A stretch of DNA of 64,000 nucleotides from Bacteroidales bacterium (GCA_021108035.1 JAIORQ010000097.1:7692-71691); one strand, 5' to 3'; counted from the first letter of the stretch, positions 35,892-45,163 are shown. Notes: generated by a model from the sequence alone, not told the origin. Made by a program: numbers and translations.

Positions 35892-36086
35892 CTATGTAAT
35901 TTCTGTTGTATCAGTTGGATCATTTGTTGTATCACTCGGATCAAACACAATTGTATCACTTGGAGCAAGCACAGTATCAATTTCAGTACCATTTCCGCCT
36001 TTAATTGTATCCAACAGCTTATCATTTAGTGTAAAAACTTCTTCTTTATCTAAAAATAGTTTCGATTTTAAACTTTTATTTTTCAT
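35892..36086 (-). CDS. RiPP precursor peptide (GG-type leader; Cys-free Ser/Thr/Asp-rich core)
   Basis: 64 aa. The leader MKNKSLKSKLFLDKEEVFTLNDKLLDTIKGG carries an FNLD-like FTLND box and ends in GG. The core is NGTEIDTVLAPSDTIVFDPSDTTNDPTDTTEIT. Lies immediately upstream of the split LanB on the same strand. Confidence 0.75.
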   Translation of the reverse strand: MKNKSLKSKLFLDKEEVFTLNDKLLDTIKGGNGTEIDTVLAPSDTIVFDPSDTTNDPTDTTEIT

Positions 36087-36145
36087 TTTGGAGAATTTTA
36101 TGTTAATAATAAGACAAAGTTAAAAAAACATTTTAAAATAAAAAA

Positions 36146-38269
36146 TTAATCATCATACCAACTGATCTCTCTTATAAAAGCATCCGTAAATCCGTCTGCA
36201 TGAACTCTTACGAGATATTTTTCTGCATCTGATTTAAATTTATATTTACCGAATGTATAATGATTTAAATTATCTCTGCCGCTTCTTAACTTAACTTTTC
36301 CCCTGAAATCCTTAAAAAATCTGTGATCCTTTGAAATTCTTCTTTTAAATGCACCTAATTGGATAGTATAAACACCTCTTATGTTACCGTCATCAAGTTC
36401 TGTTACATCCGTATTATCAACAACATCATTAAATGCATAATCTGCACCTGTTTTATCAAGAACTGTAATTACAATATCTTCATTTAATTCAGTATAACTT
36501 AAAAGATCAACAAAGATCATATCTTCAGTCATTCCTTCACCTTTTAAATAATCAATAATATTTTGCTTTCTTTCTTTAAAAAGATTATCATCTGAATTTC
36601 CTGAAGATGATATGTTAATAACAAGATCATTATTATTGTTCATAAAGTCTGAAAGAATATTTAAAAATAAATAATTTTCATTATTCAATTTTGCATCATC
36701 ACCTTCATAATCCAAAGAATAAACTTTGTGTACTTTGCCTCTTTCAATTTTATCTAATTTAAACGACCCCAGATTCTTTTCTGAATTATTATCGTATGGT
36801 GCTGAAAACGTAAATGCTTCAAAAAAATGACCGGCAGCTTCTAAAGCAGTAAAATAATTATCTCCTCTGATTATTCTTGTATTAAAATTTCCGTTGTAAT
36901 CTGTATTTGAATTATAAACAAGTTTTTTGTTACTGATACTGTTGATTTTTACTTTATTTTGAACATCATCTTCATTTACTGCATTCCCTTTAACTAAAAG
37001 ATAAAATAAAGAAGAATCGGCATAATCTACCATATAGATATCTCCTCTACCCTTCCCTTCAGGTCTTTTTGACATGAAATATCCTTTCTTTTTATCACTT
37101 GTAACAAAATAAAAAATATCATCTTCCACAGAGTTAACAGGCATTCCCAAATTATGTGCTTTTTCAAATCTGGTAGGGCTACTGCCTTTTGCACTGAAAA
37201 TATCATAGCCTCCTATAGAATTATGTCCTTTTGAACTGAAATACAATGTTCCGTCTTCGTGTATATAAGGACTTTCTTCATCAAATTTTGTATTGATTTT
37301 TCTGCTCAAAGGTTTTGCTTCTGACCATTTTCCGTCACTGCTTTTTTTCATAAAGTATATATCTTTTCCTCCTCTTCCTCCTGGACGATTACTTGAAAAG
37401 TAAATAATACTTCTCTCTTGATTCATTGAAGCATGGGTTTCATTGTATTTTGAATTAATTGCTTTGAATTTTTCAGGTTTAGACCAAGCATTTCCTGTCA
37501 ACCGGCTACTGTATATATTTCCGTTTTTGTATATCAACATAAAAGTACCGTCTTTTGATGCCCAACAATTTGCCTCATTATCAGCAGAATTTATAGGTTT
37601 GGAATACGGATCAGGTTCTTTATCATTTTCATTATTAATATAAATAAAAAAGATATTTTCGTCAAACTCTCCGTCATCTGTTTTTTTATCATTAAAAAAA
37701 GATGTTTTTTCTTTCGATGTATATAAAAAAATGCCTTGATCTTCAATCAAAAACGGTGAATGTTGTGTAAATTCAGTATTTATACCTTCTCCGGGAGAAC
37801 CAATTTTTACTTTCTTCCTTATCTTAAATTCTTCTATAGCAGCTTCACAAGCCCTTATCTCATTTTGTAAAATAACTGTTGACCTGTATTTTTTGTATGC
37901 TTTATTAATTACCAATTCATTATAAATATCAATTGCTTCATCAAACTTATGATTAACATGATATGCTTTACCTAATAAAAATTTTGCATCAATATATTCT
38001 TCACTTTTATTTTTTTGCTGAAGTAAACTAACGGCTTTTTGAAGAGCAGGAATGGCAAGAGACTGTTTTTCAGGTGTTCTGATATAACACTCACCCAAAT
38101 TCATATGATATTCAGCTTTATCAGGATCTTTTTCAATTAATTTCTCATACATTTCTATTGCTGCCGGAAAATCACCTGCCAATAAAAGTTTTTCGGCTTT
38201 TTTTGCACTTTGACCGAAAATGAGTGTCGTAGTAAATATCAAACTGATAATTAGTAGAATCTTTCTCAT
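36146..38269 (-). CDS. TPR / PD40 beta-propeller / SPOR-domain envelope protein
   Basis: Signal peptide and N-terminal TPRs. PD40-like repeats (IIYFSSNRPGGRGGKDIYF, TLYFSSKGHNSIGGYDIF). C-terminal SPOR-like YTIQLGAFKRR... Confidence 0.7.
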   Translation of the reverse strand: MRKILLIISLIFTTTLIFGQSAKKAEKLLLAGDFPAAIEMYEKLIEKDPDKAEYHMNLGECYIRTPEKQSLAIPALQKAVSLLQQKNKSEEYIDAKFLLGKAYHVNHKFDEAIDIYNELVINKAYKKYRSTVILQNEIRACEAAIEEFKIRKKVKIGSPGEGINTEFTQHSPFLIEDQGIFLYTSKEKTSFFNDKKTDDGEFDENIFFIYINNENDKEPDPYSKPINSADNEANCWASKDGTFMLIYKNGNIYSSRLTGNAWSKPEKFKAINSKYNETHASMNQERSIIYFSSNRPGGRGGKDIYFMKKSSDGKWSEAKPLSRKINTKFDEESPYIHEDGTLYFSSKGHNSIGGYDIFSAKGSSPTRFEKAHNLGMPVNSVEDDIFYFVTSDKKKGYFMSKRPEGKGRGDIYMVDYADSSLFYLLVKGNAVNEDDVQNKVKINSISNKKLVYNSNTDYNGNFNTRIIRGDNYFTALEAAGHFFEAFTFSAPYDNNSEKNLGSFKLDKIERGKVHKVYSLDYEGDDAKLNNENYLFLNILSDFMNNNNDLVINISSSGNSDDNLFKERKQNIIDYLKGEGMTEDMIFVDLLSYTELNEDIVITVLDKTGADYAFNDVVDNTDVTELDDGNIRGVYTIQLGAFKRRISKDHRFFKDFRGKVKLRSGRDNLNHYTFGKYKFKSDAEKYLVRVHADGFTDAFIREISWYDD

Positions 38270-38352
38270 AATAGTTTACTTTTTTTAACAGATATGCAAC
38301 AATCGTGCAAAAATATTTATGCTGAATAATTCTTTTTTATAAGTACTGAATT

Positions 38353-39969
38353 TTAAAATTTTTCATCATACTTTGTCCATAAAAAGTCACCTAATTCCCA
38401 TGCTTTTTGAACAACAGCATTTCCTTGTTTTATAGTGTATTCTGTTAAAAATTTCTTAAGTTCCTTTTTATTCTTGAAATTCATCGCTTTTTTCTCAAAA
38501 TCTGCTTGTGCTTCAAATAAATTTGTTTGCATAGGATTCCAAACAGCATCAACATCATGTCGCATATCACCCCAACGTTGTGCAGTTAAAGTACCAAGCC
38601 TGTTAAAAGCCCACCAAGCAGATTCTCTTGTATATCCTTTAGTTCTGCCGGGTGTTTTATACGATTGAGGTAAATCATTTACACCGCAATAAACCGGAAT
38701 ATAAATTGATGTTGCAATATTATCTTGTGCTAACCAAACAACACCGCCAATTTCATCCGGCAACCAACCTCTGGATTGTGTTATGGTTCCGTACATTGTG
38801 TACCAACGAGCAATGGTTCTTTCTCCCAGAAATCTAATATGACCATCATCTGAAACATGATACCAACCACCGCTTACATTGCTGATATTCAAATGATCAT
38901 AAGGCATAAACGGATTAGCCAAAGGAGAAATGATCTTATTTCCGTTATCATCATAAGTTGTGATATTCCTTGTCATATCATAAGGCGTTCCCTCAAAATA
39001 ATCCTTGAAAACATTAACAACATCCTGCAAACTTATCTTTTTATCAGGTTTTACTGAAAACGGATAATTCTCATCATCAGGGTGTAACTTTAACGACGGA
39101 GCAAATAAATCAAGGGTGCGCCATTCTCTTCTTCTTGCAGCTACTGATGTTCTGCTTTTAGGTGCATAGGTATAACAAAACTCAAAATCTTCTTTATTTC
39201 CGTTCCACCAACCGTTTTCTTCAGCAACTGAATAAATATTCTCTGAAGCCAAAAAATAATCAGAATTATCCAAATCTATCTTTCTGATGCGACTTGCATT
39301 TGCATTTATGGAAACATGATCATCCGGAACACGTTGTGCCACCCAAACAGCACCGGTTTTTCCTTTTCCCGGACCAACGATCTCAAAATGCCAAACTTCT
39401 TTTGTATCAGCTATAGTAAGACACTCTCCAAAATCACTCCAACCATATTTCTTGGTTAATTCATCTGCTGTTTGAATAGCTTGACGAGCTGTTGTACAAC
39501 GCTCAAGCATTAATTGACATAACCTTTGGCAATCAATCAAACATTCATCTGATTGAAGCTCATCTCTGCCTCCGAAAGTAGATTCCCCTATTGCTAATTG
39601 ATGCTCATTCATAGAAGGATAAGCTGTATTTAAAAAAGCATAAGTATGTTTTACTTGCGGAATGTTGCCTATCGGTGTATGTTTATAAGCAGGCATGGCA
39701 AAAGTGTCAGTACTTGTACGCTTATACATACTTGTAACATCTCCTTTCTTATAATCCCTTGCCGGAACAATATCCATCCAAGATCGTGTTTTATGACTGT
39801 CATCGGTATGTGAAGTTATTACAGAACCGTCTGTTGTAGCATTTTTACCTACGGTAATACTTGTGCATCCTTCCGGTACTCCTCCTGCCCAATCGCTTTT
39901 GTCTTGAGAAGACAAATTAGTGCTTAATAGTATAACTATTGAAGCTGATAATATTAATATTTTTTTCAT
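38353..39969 (-). CDS. C69-family dipeptidase (secreted)
   Basis: Signal peptide followed by GCTSITVGKNATTDGSVITSHTDD, the Ntn-type nucleophile Cys context of peptidase C69. 538 aa. Confidence 0.8.
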   Translation of the reverse strand: MKKILILSASIVILLSTNLSSQDKSDWAGGVPEGCTSITVGKNATTDGSVITSHTDDSHKTRSWMDIVPARDYKKGDVTSMYKRTSTDTFAMPAYKHTPIGNIPQVKHTYAFLNTAYPSMNEHQLAIGESTFGGRDELQSDECLIDCQRLCQLMLERCTTARQAIQTADELTKKYGWSDFGECLTIADTKEVWHFEIVGPGKGKTGAVWVAQRVPDDHVSINANASRIRKIDLDNSDYFLASENIYSVAEENGWWNGNKEDFEFCYTYAPKSRTSVAARRREWRTLDLFAPSLKLHPDDENYPFSVKPDKKISLQDVVNVFKDYFEGTPYDMTRNITTYDDNGNKIISPLANPFMPYDHLNISNVSGGWYHVSDDGHIRFLGERTIARWYTMYGTITQSRGWLPDEIGGVVWLAQDNIATSIYIPVYCGVNDLPQSYKTPGRTKGYTRESAWWAFNRLGTLTAQRWGDMRHDVDAVWNPMQTNLFEAQADFEKKAMNFKNKKELKKFLTEYTIKQGNAVVQKAWELGDFLWTKYDEKF

Positions 39970-40059
39970 ATATATAGTGTTTGAAATTTAAAAACAACAA
40001 ATTTAAAATTTTCATTCTATTAATACGAATACAATTTATAGTTTTGCATATTAAAATAC

Positions 40060-40071
40060 ATTGTTGCATTG
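40060..40071 (+). repeat. Copy of the ATTGTTGCATTG motif in a divergent promoter region
   Basis: Exact 12-mer. Followed by related CAATG-rich sequence (AACAATGCAGCAATTTAACAATGAAAC), which is shared with 59120-59145. Confidence 0.7.
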
Positions 40072-40110
40072 ATAAGCAACAGAACAATAAAACAATGCAG
40101 CAATTTAACA

Positions 40111-41148
40111 ATGAAACATATGAAAGCATATTATCTTATAAAAAACGGAAGTTCTGATACAGCATTTGAATTAAGGGATCTTAATTTAAATGATCCCAAC
40201 GATAACGAAGTAATGATTGAGACTGAAGTATTCGGTTTAAACTTTGCCGATGTAATGGCACGTCTCGGATATTACAAAGCTTGTCCGCCGTTGCCGACTG
40301 TGATCGGTTATGATGTTGCAGGAAAAATTATAAAAAAAGGAAAAAATGTAACAGATTTGAAAATAGGACAAAGAGTTACTGCACTCACACGTTTCGGCGG
40401 ATATGCTACGCATGTTAATACAAATCATCACGGAGTTGTTCCTATAAATAATGAAATTGACGCAGCAACGGCAACAGCTTTAGCAACGCAATACTCCACG
40501 GCATATTATGCTGCCGAGTTCAGTATGAGTCTGCAAAAAGGTGAACATGTTTTAATACAAGCAGCTGCAGGAGGAGTCGGGACTGCATTAGTTCAACTGG
40601 CTAAACGTCGAGGCTGCATTGTTTACGGTACTGCCGGATCAGAAGAAAAACTTGAATACTTAAAAAAACAAGGCGTTGATTATCCTATTAATTATATGGA
40701 ACATGATTTTTATGAATACATAAAAAAACAAAGAGGAGAAAAAAGTATAGATGCTGTTTTTGATTCCATCGGCGGAAATTATGTAAAGAAAGGATTAAAA
40801 TTACTTGCTCCCGGGGGAAGACTTGCTATGTACGGTGCTGCTCAAATAGCCGGCGACAGTAATAAAAAAAGTTTATACAGACAATTAAAAACATTATTTA
40901 GTTTCGGAAAATACCGACCTACACAATTCTTTGCACTATCACAATCCTTAATAGGTGTTAACATGCTTCAAATAGGCGATCATAAACCAAATATTTTGAA
41001 AAAATGTATGACTGATGTTGTTAAACTTTATGAAAATAATGAGATTAATCCTGTTGTAAGCAAAATTTTTAATGCAGATGAATTAGCAGAAGCACATAAT
41101 TATCTTCAAAAAAGAAAATCAACAGGAAAACTTGCCGTAAAATGGTAA
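40111..41148 (+). CDS. Zinc-type/MDR-family NAD(P)H quinone oxidoreductase-like dehydrogenase
   Basis: MDR pattern: EVMIETEVFGLNFADVMARLG, and nucleotide-binding AAAGGVGTALVQLAK. Start chosen at MKHMKAYYL. The ORF track begins at 40069 inside repeat sequence. Confidence 0.8.
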   Translation: MKHMKAYYLIKNGSSDTAFELRDLNLNDPNDNEVMIETEVFGLNFADVMARLGYYKACPPLPTVIGYDVAGKIIKKGKNVTDLKIGQRVTALTRFGGYATHVNTNHHGVVPINNEIDAATATALATQYSTAYYAAEFSMSLQKGEHVLIQAAAGGVGTALVQLAKRRGCIVYGTAGSEEKLEYLKKQGVDYPINYMEHDFYEYIKKQRGEKSIDAVFDSIGGNYVKKGLKLLAPGGRLAMYGAAQIAGDSNKKSLYRQLKTLFSFGKYRPTQFFALSQSLIGVNMLQIGDHKPNILKKCMTDVVKLYENNEINPVVSKIFNADELAEAHNYLQKRKSTGKLAVKW

Positions 41149-41306
41149 TACACAGCATAGCTGCAAATAAAAAAACATATAAGTCATAATAGGAAATATA
41201 AGACAACTTATATATGGTATATCTGTCAGTTAAGAATTATTTTTATTGATTGCTTTTCAAATTTAAATATATTTGCACTTATTCAGAAACATTATAAATA
41301 AACATT

Positions 41307-43070
41307 ATGAAATTCATAACAACAGCATTAATTTTATTAGCAAATTTGTCAATTTTTGCTCAAAGTATAACACAAAAAGAGCTGAAAGAACATGTTACTT
41401 ATTTGGCATCAGATGAATTAAAAGGCAGAAAACCCGGAACAGAAGGCGGAAAACTTTCGGCAGAGTATATAAGAAATGAATTTAAAAAATCCGGTTTGAT
41501 ATTACAGGGTGATGACGGTTTCCAATATTTTAATATAGTTACCGGAATTAAACATAAAAGTAATAATCATTTATATATCAATAAATTCAGTTGCAAAGCA
41601 TTGGAAGATAACATTCCTTTTCCTTTTTCCGGAAACGGAACGGTTTCAGCTAAAGCAATTTTTGTAGGATACGGTTTTGATATTAATACTGATAAAATTG
41701 AATGGAATGACTATAAAAATATTGACGTAAAAGGAAAATGGGTTCTTATATTAAGAGGCGATCCGGAAATGAAAAATCGTAACAGTGATTTTATTCCATA
41801 CAGTTCTGATCGTTCCAAAGTAATGACTGCAATAAAAAAAGGTGCTGCCGGAGTTTTAATGGTTTCAGGGGAAACTTTTGACAGAGACGATAAATTAGTC
41901 GAATTAAAATACGGAAGAGGTAATGCTCAAGTTGAAATTCCTGTATTGCATGTCAGCAGACAAGTAGCAGACAGAGTATTAAATAACGACAAGTCAATTA
42001 CAGATTATGAAATACAACTAATTCAAGAGAAAAAAACAAAATCATTTGTAACAAATTCTGTCATAAAAGCAATCGTTAATATTGAATATGTAAAAACACA
42101 GACTCAAAACATAACAGCAATGATACCGGGGAATAATAAAACATTATCGGAAGAATTTATTGTAATTGGTGCTCATTACGATCATCTTGGTTTCGGCGGA
42201 AAAAATTCCGGTTCGAGAATGCCTGACACTATTGCTGTTCATAACGGTGCCGATGATAATGCTTCGGGGATTGCATCAATTCTTGAGATTGCTGAACGGT
42301 TTAAAGACGAAAATATTAGACCCGACAGAAGTATTTTATTTATCGCCTTCGGAGCTGAAGAAAGAGGTTTATTAGGTTCTTCTTATTTTGTAAATAATCC
42401 TTTAATTGATATGAATAATGTTTATGCCATGTTAAATTTAGATATGGTAGGCAGATTAAATGAAGAAAAAACTGTTACAATTTCAGGAACAGGTACGGCA
42501 ATAGAATTTAATTCATTTTTAGATACATATAAAGATAAAACAGATATAAAATTTGCATACTCTCCCGGAGGATACGGTGCATCTGATCATTCATCATTCT
42601 ATTTAAAAGATATACCGGTTCTGTTTTTTAATACAGGGGCACATCAAGATTATCATACACCTTTTGATGATGTTGAAACGTTGAACTTCCCCGGACAGGT
42701 AAATGTTACCAATCTTATTTTTGATATTCTTACTGATCTTGCCGAAAGAAAAATAAATTTGACTTTTCAAACAACAGGAAATCCGAAAAATTCAAGATCA
42801 CACAGCAGAGGTTTTAAAGTTACTTTGGGAATTATGCCCGGATTCGGCGATAACAGTAATAAAGGATTGCGTGTTGACGGAACAAGAAAAGACGGACCTG
42901 CAGAAACAGGAGGAATGAAACGCGGTGATGTTATCACAGCCATAAACGGTGAAAAAATCTCCAATATTTATGATTATATGGAGATTCTCGGCAAATTAGA
43001 AAACGGACAAAGAATTATGGTGGATATTATGCGTGAAGGAAAAAAAGTTGTTTTAGCAATTCAATTGTAA
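41307..43070 (+). CDS. Secreted M28-family aminopeptidase with PA and C-terminal PDZ domains
   Basis: M28 motifs HYDHLG, GADDNASGIASILE, GAEERGLLGS and DHSSF. C-terminal PDZ-like GMKRGDVITAINGEKI. Confidence 0.8.
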   Translation: MKFITTALILLANLSIFAQSITQKELKEHVTYLASDELKGRKPGTEGGKLSAEYIRNEFKKSGLILQGDDGFQYFNIVTGIKHKSNNHLYINKFSCKALEDNIPFPFSGNGTVSAKAIFVGYGFDINTDKIEWNDYKNIDVKGKWVLILRGDPEMKNRNSDFIPYSSDRSKVMTAIKKGAAGVLMVSGETFDRDDKLVELKYGRGNAQVEIPVLHVSRQVADRVLNNDKSITDYEIQLIQEKKTKSFVTNSVIKAIVNIEYVKTQTQNITAMIPGNNKTLSEEFIVIGAHYDHLGFGGKNSGSRMPDTIAVHNGADDNASGIASILEIAERFKDENIRPDRSILFIAFGAEERGLLGSSYFVNNPLIDMNNVYAMLNLDMVGRLNEEKTVTISGTGTAIEFNSFLDTYKDKTDIKFAYSPGGYGASDHSSFYLKDIPVLFFNTGAHQDYHTPFDDVETLNFPGQVNVTNLIFDILTDLAERKINLTFQTTGNPKNSRSHSRGFKVTLGIMPGFGDNSNKGLRVDGTRKDGPAETGGMKRGDVITAINGEKISNIYDYMEILGKLENGQRIMVDIMREGKKVVLAIQL

Positions 43071-43170
43071 ACTTGGCGGCTTACGTGAAAAAATCCTCTT
43101 GCCTGCTTATCAACAGACAGACAAAGATGCAAAGACGCGAAGAAAATAAACAAATAAAACAGAAATTAAA

Positions 43171-44019
43171 ATGAAAGCAAAAAAGATATTATTATGGGTT
43201 TTGGCTTTTGCATTAACACTCGGAGCAGCAAAATATCAACGAATGACAGGTCCGACTTATCCCAAAAAAGAAAAAATCACTTTAAACAATACAGAATATA
43301 ATCTTGAATTTATAAGAAGTCACGGAGGAGATGAAGATGCGTCAATTACTTTAGATATTGATAATAAAGAAGTAAGCGGAAAATTATTTTTTAAGAACTA
43401 TCCGCCGGTTAAAGATGAAGACCGGACAACTGTTGAATTCAGGCATGAAACTGTTAAAGAAAATAATGTAATGATTGCAAATTTGCCCCACCAACCGCCT
43501 GCAGGAAAATTAATGTATTTTATAGAATTATCACATGCCGGAGATACAAAAACATTGTTTAAAGAAAAACCGATTGTTATAAGATTTAAGGGCGGAGTAC
43601 CGGCATATGTTCTTATACCGCATATTATTTTTATGTTCCTTGCTATGTTATCAGCTAATGCCGCCGGGTTATTTGCAGCGTTCAAACTGCCGCAGTTTAA
43701 ACTATACACAAGCATTACGCTGATTTTAATATTAATCGGCGGTATGATTCTCGGACCAATTGTTCAAAAATATGCCTTTTTAGAATTCTGGGCAGGTGTT
43801 CCGTTCGGATGGGATTTAACCGATAATAAATTACTGATAGCTTTCTTGGCTTGGATAACAGCATTTCTGTTTAACAGAAAAAAAGAAAACAGAATTTCAA
43901 CTATAGCTGCGGCACTTGTAACATTAATAATTTTCTCTATTCCTCACAGTATGTTTGGTTCAGAATTAAACAGAGAAACAGGTGAAGTTATTCAAGGATT
44001 TATTCAATTTTGTTTCTAA
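43171..44019 (+). CDS. Hypothetical membrane protein (N-terminal extracytoplasmic domain + 4 TM)
   Basis: Signal/anchor sequence, a ~140-aa soluble segment, then four hydrophobic helices. No family recognised. Confidence 0.6.
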   Translation: MKAKKILLWVLAFALTLGAAKYQRMTGPTYPKKEKITLNNTEYNLEFIRSHGGDEDASITLDIDNKEVSGKLFFKNYPPVKDEDRTTVEFRHETVKENNVMIANLPHQPPAGKLMYFIELSHAGDTKTLFKEKPIVIRFKGGVPAYVLIPHIIFMFLAMLSANAAGLFAAFKLPQFKLYTSITLILILIGGMILGPIVQKYAFLEFWAGVPFGWDLTDNKLLIAFLAWITAFLFNRKKENRISTIAAALVTLIIFSIPHSMFGSELNRETGEVIQGFIQFCF

Positions 44020-44065
44020 TTTCATAAATACCCTAAATCCGCAAGACAGGTCTTTTTTAACAAAA

Positions 44066-44090
44066 CCGTGCCACGCTGAGCGTGGCACGG
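44066..44090. repeat. 25-bp palindrome CCGTGCCACGCTGAGCGTGGCACGG (copy 1; probable terminator hairpin)
   Basis: 11-bp perfect stem and 3-nt loop, 47 nt after the stop at 44019. With its flanks (AACAAA-x-CCGTG...CACGG-x-ATAT) it is a 37-bp repeat also present at 46105-46141. Confidence 0.8.
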
Positions 44091-44100
44091 TATATTATCG

Positions 44101-44307
44101 CAATTCAAACTTGCAGGAAAAAATATACATTATACAAACCCTTCCTGCAATTTGCAGCATATAAATGTACAGCATACAATATACCCCTGCAATTTGCAGG
44201 ACATAAATGTACGGCATACAAACCCCTCCTGTAACTTCAGGCACAATATTGTAACACATACAACACAGCCCTGCAAATTGAACGGGGATATTGTAACATA
44301 AATTAAG
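44101..44307. repeat. Degenerate tandem array, about 5 units of 40-45 bp, each containing a CCTGCAATTTGCAGG-type palindrome
   Basis: Units begin near 44101, 44139, 44184, 44224 and 44269. The best pair is CCTGCAATTTGCAGCATATAAATGTACAGCATACAA vs CCTGCAATTTGCAGGACATAAATGTACGGCATACAA. Outer units are progressively diverged. Confidence 0.75.
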
Positions 44308-44453
44308 AGTACAAAAAATTGAGATGCAAAAACCGAGTGCCTCTATTGATAAAATATCAATACTGTTTATCAAAAAAACAGTACACAAACTACCAAAATA
44401 AAAAAATGTTATTATATTGCGGAAAATTATTTAATAACTTAAAAAATTAAATT

Positions 44454-45143
44454 ATGTTTAATGCACCAAAACTGACAAGATTCAGAAACGATGAACACAT
44501 TCAATTTAACAAAGACATACAGTATGTATGCGAACAAGCAAATCCGGATACACTTAATATAAAAACACAATTTGATATTATGAAAGCCGGAACCGTAAAA
44601 ATGGAAACTGCCTATCTTCAATTACGCGGAAGTGAATTAACAAAAAAACTTGAAGACAAAGACTATATTCGAGACAATTTTATTATAGGAATTGAAAAAA
44701 TTGCCGATGCTTTTACCCATCATTTTAATGAAGAATACACCGAAGCCGGTGAACGTGTATTAACACACATTAAAAAATACGGCAGGTCAATAGCCCGAAT
44801 GAACTACCAAGCAGAAACAACAGCCTTAACAGATTTAATTGATTTTGCAAAGAATGACACAAAACTACAAGCTGCTGTTACATTACTCGGATTAAACGAA
44901 TGGTTTACAAAATTAGAAGAAAGCAATATTGAATTTAACCGCCTGTACATGGTGCGTGTAGATGAAGAAGCCGGCAAACCCAAATTAAACCTGAAAGAAC
45001 TGCGCACAGAATCCATAGCACAATACCGAGAACTCATAAAACATCTCTCGTCTCATGCAGTTGTCAGCCCCTCTGAACTATACGAAAGCACTATTAACAA
45101 ATTTAATGAGTTGATTGATAAATATAATGCTTTGAGGAGGTAA
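44454..45143 (+). CDS. Hypothetical helical protein (Bacteroidetes-type; possibly DUF6261-like, from memory only)
   Basis: 229-aa ORF with no TM and a predicted all-helical composition. The N-terminal TRFRNDEHIQF resembles a conserved Bacteroidetes hypothetical family. Confidence 0.55.
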   Translation: MFNAPKLTRFRNDEHIQFNKDIQYVCEQANPDTLNIKTQFDIMKAGTVKMETAYLQLRGSELTKKLEDKDYIRDNFIIGIEKIADAFTHHFNEEYTEAGERVLTHIKKYGRSIARMNYQAETTALTDLIDFAKNDTKLQAAVTLLGLNEWFTKLEESNIEFNRLYMVRVDEEAGKPKLNLKELRTESIAQYRELIKHLSSHAVVSPSELYESTINKFNELIDKYNALRR

Positions 45144-45163
45144 ACATTATTACAATAACTATT

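Noticed and set aside
32650-38269. Search for a LanC cyclase, a C39 peptidase-ABC exporter or an ATP-grasp ligase next to the split LanB.
   Set aside because: None of the neighbouring ORFs has the corresponding motifs. The 707-aa neighbour is a TPR/PD40/SPOR envelope protein, so it is not counted as part of the RiPP locus.
40069-40110. The ORF-track start of the oxidoreductase at 40069 (MISNRTIKQCSNLT...).
   Set aside because: These codons are the CAATG-repeat element. MKHMKAYYL at 40111 matches the usual MDR N-terminus, so the shorter gene model is preferred.
44101-44307. Possible CRISPR array.
   Set aside because: The units are contiguous and degenerate with no unique spacers. The palindromic core is only about 15 bp. 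No cas genes are in the window.
44095-44388. A 97-aa minus-strand ORF with the repetitive peptide YIYVLQIAGVYCMLYIYMLQIAG.
   Set aside because: The ORF exists only because it reads through the 42-bp tandem DNA repeats. It has no start context and the composition is repeat-driven.
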